NCBI GenBank assembly: GCA_051362555.1
Contig: CM120641.1
Span: 7,378,001-7,442,000 of the forward strand
Origin: Lingula anatina
Taxonomy: Eukaryota > Animalia > Brachiopoda
Reading direction: 5' to 3'
Length of the DNA: 64,000 nucleotides
The number at the start of each line of letters is the position of its first letter. The first letter of the stretch is position 1. Positions 1 to 13,300 of the stretch are shown in pieces. A program made the position numbers and the translations under genes. Under the pieces are notes generated by a model that saw only the letters and a list, made by a program, of their open reading frames with translations, was not told the origin of the DNA and did no database searches.

Positions 1-2580
1 CTCTAGGGTGCAGTTGGGGGCAAACCGTGGTGTGATCACTGGTTTTATGAGTGGATTCTGAAATACATTATAGCAGTGTGACTACTAAAAATGATAGTTA
101 TTTCAACATACAATGGTTATCTTAAAAAGTCCCTGAAACAGTTTATATTTCATTTACCTTCTGGAGTTAAAATGGCATGCATATATTACAGGACATTTAT
201 TTTTAAAACTAAAAACAAATAGTATAAAATTTGCAGGCATTTATTACATAATTTTCTCTTATGAAAAATTAAGTTACTCACATTTTTCTTAAGAATCTTG
301 GTTACAAATCTGAAACAAAAAATATAAATATTTATTTATAAAAATCATTCCATCAAATCTTTCTCTTTAACTTTTTGCATGATCAAAAATAAGTTACAAT
401 TTAAACAAATAAATTTAATAAATGGTCGCTGAAGATAAATGACAGTGAAAAAAAAAACATTAACGTCATGAAAAAACATAACACACTTTTCTGTTTCCTC
501 TTTGGACTCCTGCGTTGTCTCAACATAGTAATGTGGGGAATAGGCATCCATATTGACTTTGCCAATGTATGCTCTCTGACCAGCATTTTCTGTAAAATTG
601 ACATAAAATATCTTTGCATTTCCTTAAGTCCTACAAAAGAATTCTGACTTTCCTGCTTTTCTTGCTTATTTTCCTGCACTTAATTCAACTTTTACTTTAA
701 GATATATGGATAACTGGGAGTGTCAAGAGAAGTTCAATATTCCATAAATCACCAATTGTTGGTTTTTTTGTAACAATGTGTACAAAACAGACATAATGTA
801 ACATATGATAGAATGCAATTTTACTGGACTTTTATTTGAAGTCAGCACTGCATCTTTATACTGAAGACTTCTACAATTATGTATTTTACACATACTACAA
901 TAATGAATCTTTTAATGGATTCTTAGGATACATAATTTTAGAATCATTTAAAAGTAGATCTTGGTCAGCATTTTCTTTTTTGTTTCTACTGTATAAAATG
1001 GTACAACAGGGTAGCCTGCTTTTTTAATTTTCTTGCTACCACACATATTTAAAGAATTTATGGCTTTAAAAAATACAGTACAATTTTCCCCATTAAAAAG
1101 ATAACTCTAGTATGTTATCAGGAAAAGTCCCCTGATGAGGATGTAATTTTAAATCTTTCCTTATCACTTTGTAAGTCCAGTAAAAAGAATTTTATAAAAT
1201 GATATGTTATCTCAACTGGGTATCTGATAAATCTTTGAAACTTTTAAGTATTTAAAAATAACAGCTATGTACAAAGTTGCCCTACCAACTATATCACATA
1301 ATTTCAGTGTGGCATCAACATGGATCGTAGCAAAGTAACAGGCTGTGGTAGTTCCATTTTTCAAAACCCTTTTCTAAAAAAAATCAAATAAAATGAAATG
1401 AAAACGTAAAGAAGCACTTGTTCAACACTGTTATAAAATCAACACAAAACAATATGTAAGGCTTGTACATGAAATGACGGGCCCGTAGCCATGGGTGTTT
1501 GGGAGTGTGGCATGAATCATTCGGAGCGTGAACCATCCATTCTGCTCATGCGCACGAAGCGCAGGCAAATCTGAGAGACTTCCGGCATGTACAGTCCGTC
1601 TCTATCAATTCAACAATACATTATTAGACTTAAATAAACATACACTGTTGAGAACATACTGCAAATTCAAACATAATATTTAGAAGTATTCATATCTTTT
1701 AGATGTTCACCTATACTGCAATTTCCCTCAGGTGGCCACATCAACACACTAGCCTAGTAAAATCAATGTAGTAGGCCAACAGCTGAATAACGACGGCCCA
1801 TCCACAGTAGGTTCATGCATGCGTCGAACTGTAATTTGACACTGATTCTCTATCAAAATTATCAATTAACACATGAATTTTACCTAAAAATCCATCATAA
1901 TAAATATATAATGACATAGGAAATGAACTAGCTGAATGTCACAGTACAGGTGATAAAAAAAGGATCATTCACGGAACGGCTCGTACACGTGTCTGCTGCA
2001 TGTACAATCGGTCAGGATGGATGGTTCACGCAAAACAGACCATACACGTAACAGGGGGGTTGGAAAGAACCACCCTTTTTGACAGGAAAAGGTCCCCTCT
2101 GGGTAAAATTTTATCTAAATACACCAAGGTTTCATTGTATAAGGTCCACTTTTTTAGAAAAAGAATCCCCATTTTGAAACTGCTGGCTACGGGCCTGAAT
2201 GATATGATTTAATATCTTTATATGTAAACATGTATGTAATAGTTATCATGAAATAGGTCATTCAAGCATATCTACAGACAATTTATATATGGGTTAAGCA
2301 CAATCAATATTATATTGCTGTGTAATAATTTTGTGTACATGTATTCCAGCACCTCAATTCCATCAATAACTTGCTGTGGCATTAACTATAATTATGATTG
2401 TGGCATATTAGCTTGGATAATAAAAAGCAAAACCAAATGCCAAGGTTAGACTGCAATAACAAGTTATTTGTAAAATAAGATCAAAGGTAAAGGGGGAATT
2501 TTTGGGGTGTCAAAATACAGCTGGATATAACCAATTCTATAAGCCATTCTATGGGCTCAATCAAAACCTACAAAGTAAAA

Positions 2581-2619
<39 letters not shown>

Positions 2620-3594
2620 AAGGTCCAAAAAAATGAGACCTTTTCATAAAAAAATCTCCACCATAACCTTTATATATAAACTTACCACAGCCTTCTGGTA
2701 CACATCTTCAGCAAACTTGAGGTCTTCAAAGTTTGCTTCAATGGGATATGTATAATTTTTCAGCCAATCAAGCAGATGTAACTCCATGGCTGTGCCAGTG
2801 TAGACATACTGGGAAGCATGGATGTGGGTGTCAATCAAACCAGGCATAAGAAATTTCCTGGAATGAAAAAACAGAAAATGATATCAAATAATAAAATCTC
2901 AATTTTGTGTTCAAATGCCATCTCATCCTTTCATGTTTCACAACCATTTGATGCTAAAGAAGTTTCATAAGTACTTTGATGCTGTAATTCATATACGTAA
3001 TAATAGGGTAGGATCAAAAATGTCCCGACATGACACATTTCTAATCACACTACTGAATTATATAGATATCATTTTAAAGTACCATTACATTTCTCACATG
3101 AATGTTGGGACACACTGTATCCAGCCCATAAACAATGACCACTACTGGACAGGCATGTCCATACATACTGTCTGGACACAAATTTAAGGGACATGATGTC
3201 CTCCTAGATCTATTTTAATATAATCTGGATGGCATTCCTTTGTTACAAGAAATGCCTTTCATCTTTATGTATAAAAGCCCCCTGAATCTTCAGACCAGCC
3301 AGTGAGAGTCACAGCAGTCAGTGAGAGTCACAGCAGTTAGCGAGAAGGCAGTGAGAATGAGACTGAGATTCAGGGGTGACCAGGCTTCAGTTCAATAAAG
3401 TCCTCACTAGAAAGCAGAATCTCTGTGTGGTTTTCTCTTACTCTCGTGAAGCTTAAGACTTACATTAGCAAAGCCATTCCTGTTACATGCACAAATATAT
3501 ACTACCTTCCATCAGCTGAAAATCTGTTTCTGACATGTACAGCGAAATCTCTGGTGCTGGAGACCAATTGCTTGCTAAAGATTGAAACAAAATG

Positions 3595-3636
<42 letters not shown>

Positions 3637-5694
3637 CTTACCCTTTTTTGAGGTACTTAACATCATTTTCCTGAAGCCCCAATTCTGATAAGGCTTCATC
3701 GAGATAAGAGGAGTCCTTGACAAGTTGGATCTGTAAGAATACAATGAATAAGGTTACTTTTACCCAGCAAGAACAGCAAATTTAAAACAATATTGAATCA
3801 ACATTACAGTTTAACATTTTGCAAAAATAGAGTTCAACTTTGTTGGAAATGGACACCGCAAACACTAACTTATGAAGTTGAAAAAATATTATCCATTGAT
3901 ACTAACAAGGCAAAACATTTTTAAGTTGGCTGTAAACTGAAAATTTCTGCCAAAAAACTGATTTAAGTCAGCCCTACCATTATACTGACTGAGGTTCAAG
4001 CATACTAGTAGTTTAAACTTCCCACCCTGAGAACATTTACATGTTTTAGAGCAACAAATGTAAATTATATTCTAAGTAATTCATTTTAGTTGTATTGTTT
4101 TCTAGATGGACATAATATATACATTCTAGCATATAATCTTAAAGGATATGCTGTGTCCCTTTAAAACTTAAATCAACAAAATTTCTCAATGTTATGTTTG
4201 AATATGTCTTTATTATCTAATACAGTAGTGAACATTGTTTTCCCTAGACAATAGTCCTCTTTTTCATATATTTAGTATTGAATAATGGCATATGAAATGT
4301 TATCTATCATTTAAATTTATAAGAGTTACTAATGGAGGTCAAGTCATAGATAAAGTATGTTACCCTGTGAGCATTTTAAAACATGTTTCTATTGTAACCT
4401 CGAGGTCATATACCCCAATATTTATTAGTGTCACACTGAAACGTTTTCACCATAGTAATGTATAGGACCATGTTAAAACTGCAACATGCAAAATAAGATC
4501 AAAGGTAAAGGGGGGGGGGTTAGGAGAATGTTAGGAGGATGCCAAGGAACTAATTTCACATAAGACTGGGCTATTGTGATGATATATGATATCTAAATGA
4601 CTTAGTTAAGAATACATGTGACATAAAGAAGTGGACAGGGCTCCTCAGCCCCAACGCTTCCAGACTGGGACTAATCTGGTAGAAAAAGTGACATTTAGAT
4701 CGATCTATCCCTGTGGGGAGTCTCACTAGATTACTGTCAGATAATCCGGCTTAAATGTCCATCCCGCCTACTACAAGCTGTAAGGGGGTAATTAACTTTC
4801 GTGCCCGCTCGGCTGACAGCTATTTAGCGTGAACCCCAGGGAGTTAGGTCGATCTAGTTTGGATTGATCTAATCTCTGGGAATGGGGTCTAAATGTGCAG
4901 TAAGAGAGCCTCTGTGCTTTGCAATAAGTGAATAATGGCAAATGGTAGTAATGGTACATTCCAGACATTCAGCATAAAGGAGGTTGACTGATTATCCAGC
5001 ATGCCCTTTTTAAGGATCTCTTTTGTTACAAGAGCAAGTTTTTTTTTCTTTAATTTATTCAAATGCTTTACTTGAACTTAAGATACAGTAAAAGGAACAC
5101 AGGTAGCTAGTGTTTAAAATAGACTACAACAGAAGTTTTTCCTTTTTGATCCATTTACCCTGATGACAAAACTCAAAACTTCACAGCCCTGAACTCGTTC
5201 AGAACAGCAACAACAAAAAGAACCAGGACTTTTTTACTGACAGAGTAACAGAAAAAAAAGGAACAACCTCCCCAGTGAAGTTGTTATGCATCATCACTAA
5301 GACATTTAAAAACGAAGTGGATAAATACTGGAACTACATGGAACAATTCGGCCTCCATCCCTAAGAATAACATTTTCGCCAAGTAGTCGGAGAAGTCTAT
5401 TACAATGAATATATTAGTAACTACTCTGATTACCTTAAGTAAACAAGTATTACGTATTTTACGTGTTTATATTAAGTCTGGCGACATACATATTAGATAA
5501 CATAAAGCATACAGATTAGCACAAGTGAAAGGTTGGCCCAGGTCAGATCACGTTTTTGCATTACCTTCTCTACCACGTAAACGCGATGGGCTTACCTTTC
5601 CATTTTTCACCCCAAGAATGTGATCCTCCAGTATTACCATAGGGTCATCGGCTGTGGAGTGGCATAAAGTTCCATAAAATATCTTCGCGGCCAT
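1..5694 (-). CDS. GDA: Guanine deaminase (amidohydrolase family), 5' part; runs off the window start. Exons 5596-5694, 3642-3730, 2686-2857, 1286-1373, 487-589, 282-309, 1-57
   Basis: Spliced translation MAAKIFYGTLCHS...GKFLMPGLIDTHIHASQY (HxH metal motif)...LLDWLKNYTYPIE...LKNGTTTACYFATIH...GQRAYIGKVNMD...KPVITPRFAPNC matches guanine deaminase motifs. All junctions are GT-AG and phase-consistent. Confidence 0.95.
1478..2197. mobile_element. MITE (CAGG..CCTG-type ends) interrupted by a nested insertion
   Basis: Ends cgggcccgtagcca / tggctacgggcctg are inverted repeats. 2050-2197 aligns by eye with the reverse complement of the intact copy at 17960-18126. Confidence 0.75.
1526..2031. mobile_element. 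Nested non-autonomous element inside the 1478-2197 MITE
   Basis: Inverted repeats gcgtgaaccatccattctg (1526-1544) and caggatggatggttcacgc (2013-2031), 18/19 match. The segment is absent from the 17960 copy. Confidence 0.65.
2581..2620. repeat. (TAAA)n microsatellite
   Basis: Directly visible tandem array. Confidence 0.95.
3604..3633. repeat. (CT)n microsatellite next to the GDA exon 2 donor
   Basis: Directly visible. Confidence 0.95.
4693..4891. mobile_element. ~200 bp MITE-like interspersed repeat, copy 1 (GDA intron 1)
   Basis: Near-identical to 6330-6529. Subterminal inverted repeat ttagatcgatc...gattgatctaa. Confidence 0.8.
5085..5345 (+). mobile_element. Degenerate CR1-like LINE ORF2 3' fragment
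   Basis: Frameshifted translation resembles the CR1-group C-terminus: FFT.RV...NNLPSEVV..SSL.TFKNEVDKYW. Confidence 0.55.
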
Positions 5695-5699
5695 GACTT

Positions 5700-6030
5700 C
5701 CGCAGTGAATCAATGCAAGATCCTGGTTTATCGCAAGCAAAATGTCACTGTGCCTGACAATCTCAGGGGGCGGGTCCAAAAATAGAACAGGGGTGTTTTC
5801 TTCTCATTACATTTCTCCTGGTACTCTAAAACCATTCTGACGTAAGAGCGTAACCTGTCATTCCCTTTTAAGTTTGAGAAGTGTGTAAAAAAATACGCTT
5901 GTCAACTGTTGTATTATCTGAGTCCACGTGACGTCACCGTTGTCGCTGTTTGCTTAACCTGAGCACCTGAGAAAAGCCAGGACGGTGAAAAACTTCCGTG
6001 TCAAAGGAGAACTTCGGGCGCGATTTATCG
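5700..6030. promoter_or_regulatory. GDA proximal promoter, CpG-rich, with overlapping E-box and CRE
   Basis: CACGTG (5925-5930) overlaps palindromic TGACGTCA (5929-5936). A second CRE-like TGACGTAA lies near 5838. Located just upstream of the ATG at 5694. Confidence 0.55.
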
Positions 6031-6049
6031 CTCAAGAATAGGATCTTTA

Positions 6050-6102
6050 TTCTTCTTCTTCTTCTTCTTCTTCTTCTTATTATTATTATTATTATTATTA
6101 TT
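6050..6102. repeat. Compound (TTC)n(TTA)n microsatellite
   Basis: Directly visible. Confidence 0.95.
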
Positions 6103-6323
6103 CAATAATACTACAAACCGAACGGTGCCAGAAGAAAACCCTATGGCGCGTTATTTATTTTTACTTAAACAAACTTTTTGTAAATGAATAAATAAATGAA
6201 TAATTAAAAAGTGTGTGTAGCCTGTGTACCGTTACCACTGTTGAAGAAAGAAGTGAAGTTTATACATAAAGTGCATTTCTTTAAAATCACAAAGAAAAGT
6301 CTGTATTGTAGAACTGGTAATCT

Positions 6324-6529
6324 GGGCGTATTTAGATCGATCTATCCCCGTGGGGAGTCTCACTAGATTACTGTCAGATAATCCGGCTTAAATGTTCGTC
6401 CCGCCTACTACAAGCAGTAAGGGGGTAATTAACTTTCGTGCCCGCTCGGATGACAGCTATTTAGCGTGAACCCCCAGGGAGTTAGGTCGATCTAGTTTGG
6501 ATCGATCTAATCTCTGGGAATGGGGTCTA
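6324..6529. mobile_element. ~200 bp MITE-like interspersed repeat, copy 2 (upstream of GDA)
   Basis: Direct-orientation near-identical copy of 4693-4891. Perfect 11-bp inverted repeat ttagatcgatc/gatcgatctaa. Confidence 0.8.
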
Positions 6530-8456
6530 TGCTGGTAATCTATGCTGTGGGGTAGTAACGGCGCACGGGAGGACTAACATTCCTGATATTTTGCAACACA
6601 TGTTCAGTCCTAACGGGAGGGTTGTTACCACCCCAAGACAATTTTAATCAAATACTTTTTTTTTTTTTGGTCATAACACATTACAGAAGCATTTTGGTAA
6701 ATCAATAAACATTACAATATACATCTCTGGAGAGCCTCCATGCTATTCAATATTTTTCTTTGTTTCCAGCCCTGGTTCTGATGATACATCTAAACAAAGC
6801 TAGCACTGTGCATCACACTCTAATTGATAAAATACAGAAACAATACTGACATTTTTTTTCAAAAATAAAATGAATAAAAAATAAATTAATCTGAAGCCGG
6901 AAGAGGAGACTAGTTATACTATATTATGACAGTTACCCTAGTTGTCGTTCCCTAAACTTGGATTTTTACAGCCTTTGAAACATTTAAAAGTAAAATCTCA
7001 AACAAAAAGGTATTGTATTGTGTGGCTAAATCTTGTTACTGATGTAAAACTTAATGACTTTAGAACTGGACAAATTGGTCACTGAGTGTATCTTCTATTG
7101 GGTCCACAGATTATTTTCACTCAATATTCACATATATATGCATCTGGCTAATTCTGTGCACCTTTCTCTTGTGTCCAACGAGGGTTTTTTTTTTTTATGG
7201 ATTTAAATTAATGTTATCTGTCAGCTGGCTTTTAATAACGAGAAGACAATATGTTGGAGGGAATAGTAATAGTGACTTTTTTGCCTGATAGACAATCACA
7301 AAAATGCCATCATATTCGTGCAGAATCTGACGAATCTGTTGCCCTATGATGCCAAGTGGCTGTAAGAGTAGGCAGCCTGCTTCAGAAATTATTGTGTTGC
7401 GCTAACTTTTTGGTCTCTTTGCAACCCCACAAATTGAAATGTGTGCACTATTTCTTTGGAAATTATATTTAAAATGTAGATATTTCAGGCGCACACATTA
7501 TGTTAAATATTCATTTATCATCACTATTCAATGTTTATCATTAATCTGCTTCATTTCTTTTAGTAATGGGACTTTCAATAAATGCAGCCGTCATCGGCCA
7601 AATTTCGAACATCATACTTGAGTTTGTTCCATTATTTTATCTGCATGTCATATTATTATTTAAATTAGCTTAGATCAAGGAGACATAAACGTTAGTTTTC
7701 AGTGAGTTTTCAGCGTGGTGTGGGGTTTCCGTAGATGCTGCTTCTTAAAATTGAATTGTGAATTAAATCGGTTTTATTTTTGCAAGATTCGCGATAAGAG
7801 CTTGGGTTCGATATACAGATACTGGGCCCCAAGTTGGAGTTACTGGAGTTAGGGTGCAGCGAGGCGTGGAGTACATTTGCACATGGCGTGCTGTATGTCG
7901 TTGTTAACTTTCTTGATGTTCAACCTATGGATCAAAATGACTTGCACTCGCAGTGTTATCTGTGCCTATTGCCTTGAATATGTGGTCCTCTTCTTTATGA
8001 GCAGTCTAATGCGCCCAAATCACCTCATCTGTTAAACTGTTCCATTGGTTCTTTTCTTTCCTCAAGTATTCCATTGCTCTGAATTTGTTTGTCGTAGGCC
8101 TACTTTAATGTAGACTAATATATAATTTAAAAAGAATTTACAGAATTTACGATACTGAAATGCAGTACCTGAATCCCCTGAAAGAAAATGAACAAAAATG
8201 TGTTATAAATATCAGGTAAAAAATAATGTTTGATAAAAAATTACGCTAACAAATATGCGCCTGGGGTCGTAAACGACCCCACCCGGTATGAATAGGGTGC
8301 GTTAAGATGCGGGGGAATATCGGGGCGGGGCGGGAAGTATCGGTGCGGGGACGTGTCGGTGCGGGAGAGTATATGGATGTTTCTATTTAGTGAGTATTCA
8401 GCGAAATCTTATATTTATAATGATGCGCATGTTATTGCCATTACTGTTAAGTAATG

Positions 8457-8699
8457 TACACACACTGGACAATAGAAGTGTCACCCCTACTGAACCAATA
8501 CTTTGGAGGAGATAAATGACTGTGGAATGATATGCTCCTGCTATAATTTTATTAACATCAAATTTCACAAAAGAAACGGTTCTGACTAAACAATTCAACT
8601 GTATCGATATTCTGACATTGCTTATATTCCGCCTCTTCAGGCTAATAACTTTGATTACTCTGATTCAGGGGGTGACACTTCTATTGTCCAGTGTGTGTA
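8457..8699. mobile_element. Tc1/mariner-type MITE
   Basis: Perfect ~31-bp inverted repeats including flanking TA: tacacacactggacaatagaagtgtcacccc / ggggtgacacttctattgtccagtgtgtgta. TA target duplication is typical of Tc1/mariner. Confidence 0.85.
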
Positions 8700-9155
8700 T
8701 ATTCATGTTATCTCTGTATACTAATGTCAAATAATGTACGTTTATAATGTTTTGATCCGTATCTGCCTAGCATGATACCATGATGCAATTAATGTCTATT
8801 TTGTCTTTTGTAATTCCTTTATAATTTTGTTGACTGTGTTCTATGAATAGTGTATTCAGCATTGCATGTCATAACGCTATTAGGACCTGTATTTTAAGTT
8901 GAACTTTTTGGACCTTTGAGAACACAGAAACAGAGAAAAATGCTTTTGAACCGAAGAGTTCCCGCTTTTCCCCGCTCTAAACATATTTGACCTCCTGACG
9001 AGAAAACATGAAGTGTGATATTTTAGGTACATTGTTGTGATTTGTAATAAATACTTTCTACAATGTCCAGTGTGTTTATTGTTCTCGGTTCCTCTCTCAA
9101 TAAAAGAAAAAGAGTCAATGCTGAGGAAGCGGAGGATTATCGTATTCTTTCTAGG

Positions 9156-9158
<3 letters not shown>

Positions 9159-9214
<56 letters not shown>
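9159..9214. repeat. (AT)n microsatellite
   Basis: Directly visible; source of the spurious YIYIYI ORFs. Confidence 0.97.
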
Positions 9215-9219
<5 letters not shown>

Positions 9220-9263
9220 GATGTGAGGAGATGACCCCCAGTTACCCCCTGCACCGAAACTCC

Positions 9264-9476
9264 CCCCACACCGTTATTCTCCTGACGAACTCACTGGTTA
9301 AAAATTAAATGCGACATATAAACCACAATTTTTGCTTATAATTTATAACTGTAAATAACGGGGCCCAAAAATGACATGTTTTCGATTTTTCATTTCAAAA
9401 ATCGATGTGAGTCTCGAAAAGAAGTATTGGTGTGACATAGGCCTATGTAACGATAACGGGGAATAACGGTGTGGGG
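9264..9476. mobile_element. Small inverted-repeat-bounded element (MITE-like remnant)
   Basis: ccccacaccgttattctcc vs ggggaataacggtgtgggg, imperfect ~19-bp inverted repeat; no TSD recognised. Confidence 0.45.
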
Positions 9477-10368
9477 AATAAAAAAAAAGTATGCCTACTT
9501 TGGACAAATAAAACATCGTTATAGTAGGTATTGGAACGAGTAAAACTTCGTTTTGTTGTCCTTATATTGATCCAAGTTTTATTTTATTTGGCAGTTATCA
9601 GTAAAATATAGGCCTACATCCGAGATGCACCTATTTTGACAACGTAAGTATTTTAGCAGGACACATATCCTATTCCAACGTAAAATAACAGATAGCCTTT
9701 GTCTTTGACCTTTTCCGAAATGGAGAGCTATAGACATCTCTGGGTATACCCGATCACGCGTAGTGTGCATGCATGACGGTTTCATGAGCACGCCTCATTA
9801 TAGTTTTCCACGTGCACATGTACCAGTGAATAGCGTGAACAGTTCCCACCTGTGTTATCGTAGCTAAAACAATTAATGATCAGGGCTGATGGTATGGGCT
9901 ACTTTTTCTTTTTGCTGCAGTACGTTCAGGCATTTTAAATATGAATATAAAAAAAAAGAAAAATGAATGAAATTACATATAAAAACGTTTGGAAGAATTA
10001 CAATATGATCTGTAATAGTCGAGGACATGGGACAAATAAAATGATCGCCCAAGGTGAGGAAGAGTGAGGCAGGATTAAATGTTTAAAAAGACATATTACT
10101 TTATTTATATATGATCAAACAAAAGCATTTATACAATCCCTTCAAATCCTTAATTATGAACATCTGGGGATTTTTAGCAACATTTCATGATATCTCTATC
10201 CAGTCAATACAAAAAGCAATTACAAAAATATATGATTGACTGAAATTGAATCTCCTGATTTCCACAATTTAAAGATTGACAAAATCATGGCATCGATTCA
10301 CCGTCTCATGATTGCAACAGACACCACTGCTGATTATATGGTTTAGCACATGCACACGTAGCATAAAT

Positions 10369-13300
10369 TCAATTTGACTCTGACACTGGGGCATTTTCGT
10401 TGACATGTAAGTTCTGTATTGTTTGATTACTATTATCACTTTCATTATCGCCATCAGCCTGTTTCTTAGGATGGTCCACCTGACACTTTTTCTTAAACTT
10501 AAGTGCCTTCTTTTCTTCTGTCTCTTTTTGCTCTTTTTCCAACTGTTTCTGCTTTTCAGCCAAATCCTTCAACCTTTGAGCTTCTTCTTCTTCTTGCTGT
10601 TGATGTAGTTCTTTACGCCACTGAAAGAGGAACCAAAAAGTTAACACTGATTTAAATATTCATATATATCATATATTTTTTTTGCTGCACTTACAATAAT
10701 GTTGCTGAGTAACCATAAACATCTGTATATATATCCTTATGGGATGTAAATATACTCCTGTACCTGGTATCCCATTTTCCCCCTTGATTATCATTTCAAA
10801 AATCTACTTTTTCAGGGGAATGCCCATTTAAGCAACATTTACTACAATGAAACACATGGAGTGTGCCTCGTCCAGTTGCAGATATACCAATAATAGTACA
10901 ATAATATTTACTTTTAAATCATAGCATGCTCTAAAGTCTAAAATACTAATCAAATATGCATTTCATTTATGCATATAAAGTGATCTTGACATTACTAGTC
11001 AGAGATATTCTACATGTACTGTATATTGTACATGAAAACAACTAACCTGATCCTCAACTATTCTCTTTAAGTCAAAACTTGTGCGAGTATTGAAATCCAG
11101 TGGTGGTTCATAAAGAGCTGTAGCAAGCTGCAACTCTTCCCTGAAACAGTAAAATATTTTAAAATATATCAAAGGTAATTTTCCTCTGAAATACCCTATT
11201 CTACTACTCTTTGATATACCTACAGTGATTAATCACAAATTTCAACAAACTTTAAGCACTCCATCTATTAATATTTTTTTCATGACCAACCATTTCATTA
11301 TAATTTTAAATGATAAAATTCCTCATCTCATTCTTAATCCTCACTGCTATATCAAGTTTAAATAAAAGATGTCACTTGAAGACTTATCTGAGTCTTCCTC
11401 TATACATTCACACACTCACTTTAATGTTGTTCGTAGAGGTTCCTTCTTTGCTGGCTTTGGTTTCGGCACAATAACTTGTGGCCTGCGACTGGTTTTGGGT
11501 TGTGGAGGAGGGTCAACAGGTGGTGGAAGAGGTGGCAGGTAAATCTTGGACAAACCAACAGCAATTTTGGCACCTATTGTGCTCGGTGTTATTGACATAT
11601 GCTGTTTAAGCAAGTTTTCTATGTTGGCATCCACCTAAAGTACACCAGAATTATAAATCTAAATGATGAGGTCAATATAATTCCTTAAAGTATATATATC
11701 GATTTGTACTAGTCTTGTTTTTCAAAAGAAAAAAAAAGATTGACTTGGCAAATGTGACCATGTACCATTTAGAGATATATAAAGTATCATCCTCGTTATT
11801 ATTATTATAATTATTAATTCGAGAGCAAACATTTTTATATTTTTCTTATATCAGGTTATAATCTTTACCATTAAAAATACAAAACTCTTTTGCCTGATCA
11901 AATTTAATGTTGTATGTATTTTCAAAAAATAAGCCACAATTAACTTTTAATTGTTACAACCTTTAAAAGATAAAAAATAATCTTACCTGTCCAACTTTAA
12001 GTGCTTCTAGAACTCTTTCATCTTTCTCCAGACATCGGACTCGAAGCAAGGTGTTCCATGCCACTGTTCTTAGACCTTCCCTGTTCTTGTCTTCAGCACA
12101 GCAGCGACACAGCTTGACTAGACCTTGAATTGCACCATATCGAATACGCCAACTCCAGTCATTAGGACCTGGAAAATTAGGAAACCTTTTAACAAAGTTC
12201 CACATACCACAAGAAGCAAGAGCAGTCATACAGAACAACTTGAAATAACAAAACATTGCATTCAAACTAAACGATGTATCTTACACATTTGGTCATTGCA
12301 AAAAAAATCACCAAAATAAATTCTTTTTTGTGCCAGTACTGAAGAACAGAAGTAAGGAAGACTGGAAAGGTAATTGCAAAAACCAAAAAAGGTACTCTTA
12401 CCTCCATCTGCAGTCTCACCAGGAGCATGAAAATAAGCCATATCCAGTAACCCTGCACTGTCCAGTGGGTGCTGTGTGACTGTCTGACAGGTCATTTCAT
12501 TGACATCATTGTGATGACCCATCAGTGCCACCTTCTGGATGTTAGATGTCTTACCATGGAGACAGATGTCGGACAGGATGTCAGTGTATGTGATGGCTAC
12601 CTCCCAGTGCCAGCCATTCAAACCAGGTGTGTCTGGATACTGGTAGTAAAAAAAACTCTTTTAAAATGAAGTGTTCTGTAATCTTAGATATGCCGAGCAA
12701 TCTGATTTCTACACTACACACGTTTCAAACTTGAACTTCTAACATTTTAATCTAAAATTAAAATAAAGGTTATAATTTTCAATAGTAGGAAATTAAAGTT
12801 AAAACAACTAATATAGAAAATGTGGCTACCCGATCCTAAAAACATAAAGGAAAGCTCTATATTTTTGCAATTATCATCATCACTACTCACTGGCATATTT
12901 GTAAAGGTTTGAACACTACTAGCTTGAGACATTCTATCTTCCTCTGTTCCAAAGGTTGCTCTCTTCCCAGTCATATCAGTATCCATTTGATCCCGGGTCA
13001 ATTTTGACCTTTGAGACTCTCGTGTAAATTTCCTAGAAGTTTGTGTCCCTTCTTTGGATAACCTTCTAGTATCTTTTTCAAAATCTTTACCATCATCTTC
13101 TTGTGGTTGTTGTTCTAGATTCTGCAACTCCTGATCCTGTAGGATTTCCTGTTGCGTGTTTGAACCACTGCGTTCAGAGTGTGTGTGTGTGCCTTCTGCC
13201 AGGTAAACTGTCCTGTCTTGAGAATCACTCCAGAAACTCTGGGTGTCCTTGACATTGGTGTGACTTTCCTCTTTGATGTCTTCTGAAGCTACTGCTCCTG

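Noticed and set aside
8880-9308. ORFs with YIYIYI runs
   Set aside because: Artefacts of the (AT)n microsatellite.
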